Assembly (NCBI GenBank): GCA_964016885.1 | Contig: OZ024755.1 | Coordinates: 15,190,001-15,254,000 of the forward strand | Length of the DNA stretch: 64,000 bases | Reading direction: 5' to 3' | Source of the DNA: Eledone cirrhosa | Lineage: Eukaryota | Part shown: one piece after another, positions 12,637 through 27,295 of the stretch | Layout: each line of letters starts with the position of its first letter | Numbering within the stretch: the first letter of the stretch is position 1 | Notes under the pieces: generated by a model | Told to the model about the DNA's origin: nothing | Databases searched by the model: none | Seen by the model: the letters and a program-made list of their open reading frames with translations, nothing else | Translations under genes and position numbers: made by a program

Positions 12637-13393
12637 TATATTCAGTCTTTGATACTGGCAGGTGTGGTGTTGTATTGGTAGTCGGTGGATGGTGGACACG
12701 CTATACACACAATATCAATATTTAATATAAAAATAGCTTCATACGATCTAGTCCCTTAAAAGTCATTTCTATATTAAATATTGATGTTTACATTCTACTA
12801 ATATACTGAGCACATTAGATATTGTGGTTACGCCCTATTTAAGTTGAAATCTCTCTTTCTCTCTCTCCCTATATATATACACACACATTTCTTTGGTATG
12901 CTATTGTATCTATGATAATAATGCGATGTGCAACTTATTTGATGGAAACACCACATTTTACACTTGATATTCATAGTTATTACATTCCATCCACTTGTAT
13001 TAGAAACAAGCTTCAATAAAAGTAACACAATTTGTTTGTATATTACTTTTCAGTTGTCTATATATTGATATTTGAAAGTGCAACATGTTTAATATTAACC
13101 TTAGTTGCAAGGTTAACTCAAAAGTGCAACATATAATCCGTCAACGAATCTCTATCTATTAATTAAGTGTCTGTGAGTCGGTTTATAATGGACAAGAGTT
13201 CATTCAAATTGTAATCTTTTAAAACTAGACATTCAACAAATCTTTATCGGTGGAAACGGATATCAATTTCTTCATCAGAAATGTTAAATTGTATTCATTA
13301 ATATCTAATAGTAATAAATGGTATGTATTAGAAGATTTTACTCAAACAGGAATTATTGATGACATTAGCTACATTGGAATTTCTGTATTTGTA

Positions 13394-13568
13394 TTTGGCA
13401 CAAGGCCAGCAATTACCCAGTACAATACTGGTACTTTATTTTATCGACCCCGTAAGGATGAAAGGCAAAGTTAACCTCGGCGGGGTTTGAACTCAGATCG
13501 TAAAGGGACGTAACTATGCTGGAAAGCATGGCGTCCGACTCTCCACCGATACTGCCAATGCACCGCCA
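13394..13568 (-). mobile_element. tRNA-derived SINE, family B
   Basis: Minus strand has an A-box-like TGGCGGTGCATTGG, a B box GAGTTCAAACCCC, then TTTGCCTTTCATCCTTACGGGGTCGATAAAATAAAGTACCAGT. Nearly identical to 47921-48100. Confidence 0.85.
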
Positions 13569-13849
13569 TATATTTGTATTAATAATGTTTACTAATGGTT
13601 TATAGCTTAGACATATATCCAGCAACTCTGAGGAAGAGTACCTTGATTTAAACTACAAGAGTATGTAATTGATATTTTATTACGATTGACTCCAGTGGGA
13701 TTTGAACTAAGAGTATGAGTCAACAAAGCAACGCCCTGCTCGTATATATAACATGGATTTTCAGTTGACCAGAGTGAAATCCAATTTGTTGTGGCGGTGA
13801 ATTACTTACCACATACACTAAGAAATCAGTGACAAAGATTGTATTCATC

Positions 13850-14900
13850 ATACCGATTGCGATATAATGAAAAGAGGGATCTGTTCTTTAAGCGAGTAAA
13901 TCTCATGTTTGTAAAAATACAGAATGAAAGTTATGATTGGGAATCGGATGAACAATGGTGATAGCCAGTAGTTAGCATCGGCAATATATAGAAGACTTTT
14001 GGAGGTGTCTAATAAGTTCAACTGCAACGAAATATGCAGAATATGATATTTTGGGACTCACCACTGGTGTAAAAGATAGAAAGAATGATGAAATAGCATT
14101 ATCAATTAGTATTATGAATTAGATGTATGCAAATAAGTATTGTAACTCCGTTTTCATTGTTCCTAGCTATCTCATATTACCATTCCGCATAAATAGTAAG
14201 TATTTATATTGCATTGGATTCAAATCCAATTAGATCAAAGTAAATGACAGGTGTTATGGCATTTACATGATAATACATTTTACAATGCGTATGTGAAGTG
14301 AAATAAAATTGGCTGAAATCAATAATAATTCATGGATTAATATATTTATAGGGATACAGTATTGCATCATTTAAGTATTATATAATAGACTAACTATATG
14401 AGAAGTAATCGCAACTGGAAATCATGCAAGATGTTAGAGACATGGTTGTGTAATGCACTTTAAGAAAGTTTGATCAGCTAATGCATTACCGAAGTTATGG
14501 AACGAAGTTTTGAATCTTTGAAGATAACAATACATTGTCTGTAAGGGAGACGTTAATGAAAATTACCTAACAGCTTATAAAAGAAACTAATTGATTTCCG
14601 TGAAATGTCACACAAACCAGATAAATAAGACCATTCTGTATAGTAGATGAGAAACAAATATTACCAACTAGAGCGAACACCATTGCTCAGTCTTTTAGAT
14701 ATAACAACATAAAGTAATTTCATATTATAAAGACGGGTCAATGCATCTCGTTAGGTGGCAGATCAGCAAATGTCCTTCAGTTATATTTAGTGTGGATCTA
14801 CAATTAAGGAGTTAAGAAGAAATAACACATGTAAGATGACCTCGTGCAAGCTATTCTGTCACGCGATTGCTCCAATAATCCGTTTAGCAACAGATTCACG
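13850..14900 (+). pseudogene. Possible very degenerate hAT-type transposase relic
   Basis: Scattered motifs in plausible order (GCVMH resembling CxxH, a later RW) but no continuous frame. Confidence 0.2.
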
Positions 14901-15439
14901 TAACGGGATGAAGTAAATATCAATCAATGAGGATAATGAGGTTTCTATTATTTAATTTGTTTAGATATTTTTTAGTTAGAGAACAGTGGAAAGAGGACAA
15001 TAGTTAATCTCTTAAGTCAATATTACATTTTGATTTGTTTACTTTAGCTTGTCTGTAGAAATAGTCATATTTGTCTCAGTTCTCTGGGCGTAATTATTAT
15101 CATTTTAGTCGAGGGTAATAGGTGGTTTTAATGGATTATAACGCCCCATTCCCTGATCACTAGTGGTGGAAATGGAAGCAATAGGTCCAAAATAGACGCG
15201 GAACAAGACAACCCCGTTTCATTTCAGAGCCAGGTGCATTGTAGGAAATGTTTAATGTTCCTAAAGTAAATCCGACCTGTTTAGAGAAAGATGATCGATG
15301 CTATTTTTGTTCTTCAGAAAGGTATTAGTTGTATAAACAAAATAATCTAAACTAGGAATCATGGTTGGCCGTAGGATTAGCAGGCCAATAATATAACTTC
15401 AATGCAATGATAACGAGAGTAGTAACTGCCATTCTACCT

Positions 15440-16532
15440 TCCTGTGTCTCCCCCTCCATGCAGCCCCTTTTCGTACTCGTTTTCTGGCACCTCCCTATAT
15501 ATAGGTGAGCTATGCTCCCCTCTTACCAGCACTTTCCCTTCCACCCACACACACCAGCCACCCACCCCTGATGCCGCTCGATTCCCCAGTCCCCGGCCCC
15601 ACGCCCTATTCCCTCCAAATCGACACCTGCGGCACTTTCGGCACCACTAACAAACGGAAGAGGGGAGGAACTGTTTGGGGTGCGGCTGCTTCCACCACCT
15701 CACCTGCGTTGGATTGACTCGTCGAGCTTCCAATGCCCTCGCAGCGTGGAAGTGCAGGAACTGCTTCTTCCCCACGTCTTCCGCTGTCCCATCTGTGTGC
15801 CTCTGCCGCTGTCACACCACCAGATGGGACAGCGAGCTTTCCTGACGCCCGAGACTCGCTGGTCAACATCGCTCGGCTCAGGCGGCTCCGGAAGATCCCA
15901 CTCAGGATCCCGAGAGCGGCACGGGTGCCAGTAGCCGATACCCTCGCTTCCTCGATTGAGAACGCCCTGGACTCCAATCGAGCCAGTGACTGGGAGCGGA
16001 TGTTCTATTTCGCCCCACTCGCCCTCAGCCTCCCCAGCTCTGGCGCTGACCGGGGCGGCCGGTCAACAGCAGCCTTCGTCAATGCCAATATCTCATCATT
16101 TGGGCGAGCGCCCATTCCAAGCGTGCCCAGAGACGCCACACACCCCACCCTCAGGTACTCCCTATCCTCCACCCCCGAGGCCATCGCCAAGCGTTTGCGT
16201 GACCAGGTAAACGCAATGCTTATCATGGGTGATGTCTCGGCCGCAGTCAGAGTTGTTGCCTCAGAGGACACCCACCGAGGATATCATGGCTGCTCTGCGG
16301 CTCAAACACCCCGAGCCACCCACTGATCTCAGACCCATACCCCCACCCGACCCCCACCTGCTCCTTGGGGCTACTGATGCAGATATCATGTCCACCATCA
16401 GGTCCTTCCCAGCTAGCAGCTGCGGAGGTGTTGATGGTCTCCGACCAGGCCACCTCAAGGAGTTGACATCCCCCCCCCCTCTCCGCTGAGGCCGAGCGCC
16501 GCCTTCTGAGTGCAATTGTGGGGCTCACCAGG
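15440..16532 (+). mobile_element. CRE-clade (RLE-type) non-LTR retrotransposon fragment, N-terminal and pre-RT region
   Basis: GC-rich island encoding RIPRAAR...WERMFYFA...GDVSAAVRVVAS..., then after a frameshift AALRLKHP...IRSFPASSCGGVDGLRPGHLKEL. These match the conserved pre-RT motifs of CRE-like elements. Ends before the RT core. Confidence 0.8.
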
Positions 16533-16574
16533 TCTACAAAAAGATATTTGTGTGAGGAGATTTGTACTTATATA

Positions 16575-17130
16575 GATATATTTCTTTATTTGCCACAGGG
16601 GCGTACAAAAACGGGACATTACAAGACGTGACGGCGGGGGTTTTACGTAAAAATTCTATAACTTTAACATTAATAAATAACAATAAACTATATATAATAA
16701 AATAACAATTGAAATCCCCAATAGGGGAGCGTTACTGCAGGGTTGTTTTACACTCCGTGGATAGAACAACCCTCAACACCAGGAACACGTTTTGTAGGTG
16801 TTCCTGTCTTCCCCCTGTTTATCTTCCTCAACCTATAGGTTTATATACAGAGAAGGCCCATTCATTTCGGGTCATTTTCGCCACATTCACCCACCTTTCA
16901 GCGAATTTACTGGGGTGTAGCACCTTTCCCTCCACTCTCACCTTCCTTCTAAAGTTGTACTTAAAGAAGGGGATAAATTGTTGTCCGGAGATAAAGGTGT
17001 TTGCCCTCAGTCCTTTTAACCTCGTCCACCATTTTACCTCTTTCGCCATAGCCACCAGACGGAGGAAAACCGTCAAATATTTAGCTGCATATCAAATATG
17101 ATCCACCCAGAACTTCGAGTAAAGAAATCT
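16575..17130 (-). mobile_element. Tx1/L1-like LINE 3' end (ORF2 C-terminus plus 3' UTR)
   Basis: ORF 16828-17076 (FLRLVAMAKEVKWWTR...FAERW) resembles Tx1 ORF2 C-termini. The 3' UTR ends ...CCCCTGTGGCAAATAAAGAA. Confidence 0.6.
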
Positions 17131-17487
17131 ATATACACTATTTATGCCAAAAGAAATGAATTCGTTGCACAAGGAGGGTTACTAAGAGATTTATGTTGAT
17201 CACGAGGTTAACACTAACATAGCAACATATTAATGGTGGGCGAGAAAATTGTGAATATCATTAAATTGGACAATTTAAATTAGATTTATTTGAAATTGCA
17301 GGAAACGACGTTACACCCATCCACATAGTAGTGGAAACTGTTTCCATATGTCCACTTATCAATATATTATGTTGAATTTATATACCTTACCACAGAGCAT
17401 CTTTAGTATATTTATTTACCAAACATTTAATATATGCATAAATATATAAACATTAATATAGACATACTCATACACACAGAGAGACAG

Positions 17488-17521
<34 letters not shown>

Positions 17522-17526
17522 GTGTA

Positions 17527-17564
<38 letters not shown>

Positions 17565-17584
17565 TGTGTGTGTGTGTGTGTCTG

Positions 17585-17613
<29 letters not shown>

Positions 17614-17615
<2 letters not shown>

Positions 17616-17877
17616 CACCTTCATCACCTTTACCGACCAGTCTGTCGGGCGCCGATTGGCGCCCGACAGACTGGTCACAGCACGTCGTGCTGTTTTGGCC
17701 ATAAGATAACGCCATCCTACTGGCTGGGCAGGCAGACCAGTACTCATTTCTAGAGCTGGGTAAACTGGAGCAACGTGAAATAAAGTGTCTTGCTCAAGGA
17801 AACAACACATCACCCTGTCCGACAATTGAACTCACAGCCTTTCGATTGGAAGCCCAATGCTTTAACCACTAAGCCAT
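17614..17877 (-). mobile_element. tRNA-derived SINE, family A (CORE-like central domain)
   Basis: A box TGGCTTAGTGG, B box GAGTTCAATT, core TCCTTGAGCAAGACACTTTATTTCACGTTGCTCCAG, tail AAGGTGATGAAGGTGAT. Embedded in TA repeats. Confidence 0.9.
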
Positions 17878-17948
17878 ATATATATATATGTAAATATATA
17901 TATAAATATATATATATAAATATATACACATGTGCGTGTGTGTACATA

Positions 17949-17996
<48 letters not shown>

Positions 17997-18021
17997 TATA
18001 TATATATGTATATATATACGT

Positions 18022-18058
<37 letters not shown>

Positions 18059-18155
18059 CATATATGTACGTATATATACATATATATATGTATATATATG
18101 TACATATATATGTGTATACATATATATATATATGTACATATATATATGTATACAC

Positions 18156-18197
<42 letters not shown>

Positions 18198-18205
18198 TAT
18201 ATATT
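17878..18205. repeat. Compound (TA)n microsatellite
   Basis: Seen directly in sequence. Confidence 0.95.
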
Positions 18206-19269
18206 AAAACCAACACTGAGTACTAACCAATACTTATTACTAATTTTTATTTATTCCTAATTAAACCATTTTTCACTGGGAACAATTTGTCAGCATTTTC
18301 TTTTCCTTTTACCAATATATCACAACTCGTGCGTTACACCTCTATTCTTTTAAATATATATATATATATATATATATACTACTTTTTATTAACTTACTCT
18401 ATGAATTAAACTTTTATATTGCAATTATTTGTCACGTTCTTGTTTTGTTTAATGTTTTATATGATTACTGTTTACAGTTTCTTCGAGGGTTACATGGAAA
18501 TATATGAAAGGTAGGGAGAGAAAAAAATAACAGAAGGAGTAAATAAAAATGTTTGATGAATGTAATGTTGTATGGAAGACATATGAATAAATGAAGTAAA
18601 CTAAAGCTAAAATCGAATGACGACGACATATCATTGTAGACAGAGTTTTGCTGAAGATGACAACTAGTTTTTCTTGTTGTTGCAGTATTTTTATACTAAT
18701 TACATTGCATATGTCTTTTATTGTCATCGAACAGGTTTTGCTTTTGAAATGTTCTTTAATGTTCTTTTATAATGTTCCTATATCATCATTTGATTTTCTT
18801 TTTGGCGTTTCATTGTGTAAGGCGCGTAACTTAATTAAAACCACGGGTTTTACTGATTCCTAAAAGAAATCAATATAAACATAATAACATCTAAATGAAT
18901 CGATATTAGATAAGGAAACAGAAAAAAAATGTAGAACGAAACAAAGTATATGTGCTTAGCAAGAATTACACGTTCTCATTTTTATTTTGCTTTTTGATTT
19001 TCTAAACAGCTTCGGGTGTGATTCCTGAATATTACAAAGACAATTATTATTATTACCATTAGTCTTATTTTCATTTCATACTGCTAAAGCATTAACGAAC
19101 ACAGCTCTATGACTTTGGGTATGTGCGGACTAATATTTTGACGTTGATTCTGTTGTATTAAAATTACTCTACGCAATGTATGTGCATTGTCTAGCAGTAC
19201 CATTTTCTCTCTGATATTGTTTACAGGTTTCATCGGTTTGCCCATACTGTTGCACTACCGTTATTTACT

Positions 19270-19478
19270 TGATTATATCGACCCAGTACTTAGCCTTGTC
19301 AAGTCTTGTACTTACGCTATCGACCCCTATTTGTCGAACCACTATGGTACATAACAATGGCACGAATTTACAGATACACATATATAATACACACAGCACG
19401 TATGTATGTATGTATGTATGTATGTATGTATGTATGTATGTATGTATGTATGTATGTATGTATGTATGTATGTATGTA

Positions 19479-19530
<52 letters not shown>

Positions 19531-19670
19531 TGTGCGTGTGTGTGTCTAGACAAGCATCTACTGCAGAATCTCTTTGTCAAATCAAATTCCACTCGCACGG
19601 CATTGGTCAAACCAAGGTTATTGTTACATAATATGTTACCGTCACATCAACCTTAAGTGTATATGAGGTG
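19270..19670 (-). mobile_element. Degenerate SINE with internal (TATG)n/(TG)n microsatellite
   Basis: TCGACCCAGTACT tail motif and CAAATTCCACTCGCACGGCATTGGTC segment flank the (TATG)n/(TG)n run at about 19400-19545. Confidence 0.5.
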
Positions 19671-20021
19671 AACTACTTACACGTTAAATTCATAATGTTC
19701 CGTTTTTTTGTTTTTAACAGATGTAACACTCATCGATGGAACCCACGGAGGTCCAATGTACTTTATCATTAATACTTATCGGACGTGCTTGTATGATAAT
19801 GATTCATAGTAATTTAACAAACTTTTGTTTACATGAGGTGAAAAGCCAAAACACTCCGTTTGAAATTTAGTTCCCTATCGTCTTAATCTTGTTTTATCAA
19901 TTTTAATGCCCCATCAGGTTGATATATATTTAGAGAAACAGATTTCACCTATTTCAATAAACACACAGAAACGTATAGATATGTGGGTATGTGATGTATG
20001 AGTGTGCGTTTGTGAATGTGT

Positions 20022-20064
<43 letters not shown>

Positions 20065-21400
20065 CATACATATATATATGTGTGTGTGTGTGTGTGTAGA
20101 TTAACATGTGCAGATGGCTTTAATTTGCATAGAAAATAGACAGTGAAAGGTATTACGTTGAACGTATTTGCCCTGAAGATGAAATTGTTTCCATTAATAC
20201 TAGTCTGGGCGGAAAAGCCATTCATGATTCACAAATTTTAAAATACTAGAAATGATGGGAATAATATTAATCTTAGTAATAATTATTTGATTAATGTTGA
20301 AACATTAGCACAAACAAAACATTGTGAACGAAGAACATTTAAATGTATATAGTATTCAATTGGCACCGCTGTGTTTTAACCATGTTTGCATATTACATTA
20401 TTTGTACAACTAAATCCACTACTCTCCACCTTCCTTGAATCCCACTGGCAAATATCGATTTACTTGCTATCAATTATTGGAAAATTGTTCATTCTGTTGA
20501 GAATATCTTTATCCTACTTCAATTACTTGCCAAATGAAAAAGATTCAACTACTTAAGTGACCTCACAGCATACTAACACGTCTTGAGGATTATAGAGGAT
20601 CTCTTGGAAATATTGCATTTATCTAAAAGCTAAATCAGGATTGCCACCTTCCAATATACGTATTGAAACTTCCATTTCAGTCCTGACTTTTGTCATAAAA
20701 GATATCCAATCAGAGATGTTTTCAATTCTCGCCTTTCTACGCCTCCCTAACCTATGTTTCTAATTAGATTCTTCCATTTCTCTAGATACGTTAACGCTTT
20801 CTCTACCCAATGCCATATATACTTTATATCGTCATTCCCGCGGGTTTATTATTACATGACTTTCAAGTAAACAGTTACACGTTTTTATGACTTCCTCATG
20901 TCCACTGTTATTTTACACATTGTTTTCACAATTGCTGTGAGCCTATTTATATCGTAGAACATTGCAGTGTGATATTTGCTACGGAATACAGAAATGAAAT
21001 AATGATTTCTAAAATAGACGTACAAGTAGAGAATTTTGGTAGAGGAATTACTATAATACATTGACCTTGGTATTTGACTGTTAAATTAATATATTGACAC
21101 CGACCCTCGGGAAATGAAAGTCAGCAACAACTTCAGCCAGATTTGAATTCAGAGCCAGAACAAACATCGGGAAGCATTTTGTCTGAGCTCTAATGATTCT
21201 ACCAATCCAATACCTTCAGGAGGCTATCAAATATCGGTATCTAATTTAGGCACAAGGCCAACAATTTGAGAAGGGGGGGGGGGGGTGAAGTCGATTATAC
21301 AGATTCAGACTCTGATGTGAAATACAAAGTTGTCTTTAGCGATCTTTAAACTTAAAACGTCAGAGCACAGCATATTCTTACATTGTAACGTCCTTTCCGC

Positions 21401-21402
<2 letters not shown>

Positions 21403-21476
<74 letters not shown>
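21403..21476. repeat. (TG)n microsatellite
   Basis: Seen directly in sequence. Confidence 0.95.
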
Positions 21477-21479
<3 letters not shown>

Positions 21480-21514
21480 AGTCGTGCTGACGTAAATTAC
21501 TAAATTAATTTATA

Positions 21515-21670
21515 GGGTGGGGAAATCGATTAAATCGCTCCCAGTGCAATACTGGTACTATATTTTATCGACCCCGTAAGGATGAAAGGCAAAGCTAACA
21601 TCGGTGGAATTTGAACTCAGAACGTAAGGGGCCGTAACTCTGCCACGGAGCATGTTATCCTACTCTGACA
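21515..21670 (-). mobile_element. SINE family B copy
   Basis: ACTGGTACTATATTTTATCGACCCCGTAAGGATGAAAGGCAAAG...TTTGAACTCAGAACGTAA. Further decayed copies at about 21050-21350 (-) and 22990-23160 (+). Confidence 0.85.
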
Positions 21671-22267
21671 ATGACTATAATACTACCAGATAATAGTGAT
21701 CGCTGCCTTGGGACGACTACATTTCACATTTCCTGAATGATTCTTAAATCAACCGGATGTTTGCACATAAAAACAATATGAGAAGAAAATTTTGAAATAA
21801 GGAAGGAATCTTTAGTATGAAAGATAATACAAGGAAACATTTTTAAAAGAATGAAAAAGGTATTTCCTAAACTTGTTAGGACCTATAGTCATCAAAATAA
21901 GTCCAATTCTTTCCAATTAGCCTGGAGCTAGAATTTGGTAGGAACTATTGAGAAAGAACTGCAAAGGCTCTGCATCTCTGGCAGAGTCTCAGCACAAATG
22001 AAAACCTCCGAAGGAAATTGAATGAAAATGAATATAAAGAGGAAATAACCGTATGACCTTCAGTGTAATTGGCATGTTCGTCTAATTCCTCTGCCAATAC
22101 AAAACACTGTCTTATGAATATTTGTATTCTTCCAGTTGAGTTAGAGAGATATTAGTAAGACATAGAGGGAGGAGAGTAAGAAAGAGAGGGAGATATAGGG
22201 GGATGGAGATAGTTATATATAAACAAACATATATATATGTATATATACAGTTGTACGTGTGCATAGG

Positions 22268-22308
<41 letters not shown>

Positions 22309-22411
22309 TATATATATACACGTATGTATCTGTATGTAGAATTATACGAATATTGCAAACACCTAAATAGAAACCTCGAGGTACGTACTTAAATTAAGTT
22401 CATCTCACAGA

Positions 22412-22452
<41 letters not shown>

Positions 22453-24477
22453 GACTGCGCAAAGCAATGTGTTCGATTGCTGGAAGGCCTAGATTAAATT
22501 GTATTTCTATTAAATATTGTCAGTGTTTGATAGAAGACTAAACTATATCAAAGCATATGAAATATATTACAAACATTTATGGAAGATAGGAAGAACGTAG
22601 TCACTTTTGTAACATTTGAATAACTTTCTTACACGTTTTTCAACACGTAATTTTCGATAATACGCCGTGTGTTCTCTTTCTGGTCGTGTGACTATTATCC
22701 TGTATTTGTTTTATTGATTACATTTCGTTGTCTGTGGAAATATGAAATTGACGTATAGGCGGTATCGTTACTACGCCACTAGAATATTTTTGTGGCTTCT
22801 AATCCGAGTATCAGCACCTCACTTCAAGTCAAGACTAGACCAATTTTCTCTTTGGTGATTTCGGGATCAATAAATATATTACAAACCAAGTCATTTCTTT
22901 CTTCTCTATTTCTCTTCCTCTCCCTATCCATCCCACCCTCGCTAAAGGTGTGTGTGAAACTTCTAAAAGAATAAAAAAGTGCAAAGCATGTGGCTTGGCA
23001 GAATTATCAGGGTGTTTGTCAAACTTCAGCCGATGTAAACTTTGCTTTACATATTTCCGGGACGATATAATAACATATCAATCAAGTACTGGAATCGATT
23101 TAATCGATTTTATTCCACGCCACCCCTAAAAATTGCTAGTATGTTGTCGAAGTTCGAAATCATTATTACGATAATCATAACATTACAGCATCGTGTGTAA
23201 TTTATGGGAATATTTCAACTTATTAACACATCCACCTATCTCTTCAAATGTTTCACTGAGCAGCATGCTAAGTATTATATGTAAAAAAATAACGGAGAGA
23301 TTGGTTTATGAAAATCTCTCCATTATATAAAAATACTCATTTTATATAACGTGAGAAATTAAAATAGAAATATCATTTGAGAGGACAAAATTAAACATTG
23401 CATTGACCAGATGTATTCCAATTAAAGTATCAGATATTAATACGCAATATCTAATGACTGTTTCGTCTTTCCAATTATTCATTGTTCCCAATATTTATCT
23501 TATTAATTTTAATTTTTGTACATCAAATATTCGCCTTTTTGTTTCTATTTGTAAATTCGACTTGGGAATATCTTAGTTCCTTTTATCCTGAAATATTTTT
23601 TCATTAACTTCAATAAACGTGTCTTTCAAAGAAGATGTTATTTGCCAGTATTTTTAGCCTTTTAAGTTTTCTTTTTAATGATTAAATTTTCCCTTGTTCT
23701 CATGTTTAATCCTCTGTCACTCTCATCTCTTAATAAGCCGCAATTCTATCATTCGTAGTTTTCTATCATCATCATATGACATCATGCATATCAAATATTA
23801 TGATGGGATGTCTAGATTTCAAATTAACGTGCTAAGGATAACATTTATTTTAAGTTTTGATGGTGAGAGTGCCATATTTTTTTTTTATTTGAGAAAATAT
23901 TCACTCCAGAGACAATAGTCAAAAATAGTTATATTAATAAGTGAGGAATTGTAAATGCTAACAGTTTTCAGAAGGAGACAGCAGCTATGCGTTTCAACAA
24001 ATAAATGTCAATACTACTATACCAAATGAATTTTTAAAGTAAACCTTTGTATCTTATAAACGAAACCAATGCACGTCTTTACCCCCACTGAATTATATAT
24101 ATATACATATGATATACGTACAATATAACTTCGTTATATCATATTTCCTATATCCACTCAGATATAGCATCGAGAGCTTACATTGGTGATAGCTCCAGTA
24201 ACCAGCATAATTACTCATTAACCTCCATATTTATATATCAATATATATATATTGTTATATTTGGGGAGGGTCATATTTGTGTAATATTGCCAGAATTAAT
24301 AACAGTACACATTCACGGTTTGGTTGGTTTTCGCCTCTGTGTCTTTCATATTGGTTAATTTAATTTATTCGGTCCTCAATGTGACTGACCAACGGTCAAA
24401 AATACAGATACAATATAGACACAAACACATATATATAGTCTATCAAAGTTCTTTCGTTGCACGTCTGCAACATCGTC

Positions 24478-27295
<2,818 letters not shown>

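Noticed and set aside
17815-17877. tRNA-like A and B boxes
   Set aside because: No closed cloverleaf, and it continues into a SINE core, so it is a SINE head rather than a tRNA gene.
19721-19810. Possible host exon after a strong acceptor (TTTTTAACAG); also a donor-like GTAAGT at 10740
   Set aside because: No recognisable peptide or consistent exon chain; unsupported without RNA data.
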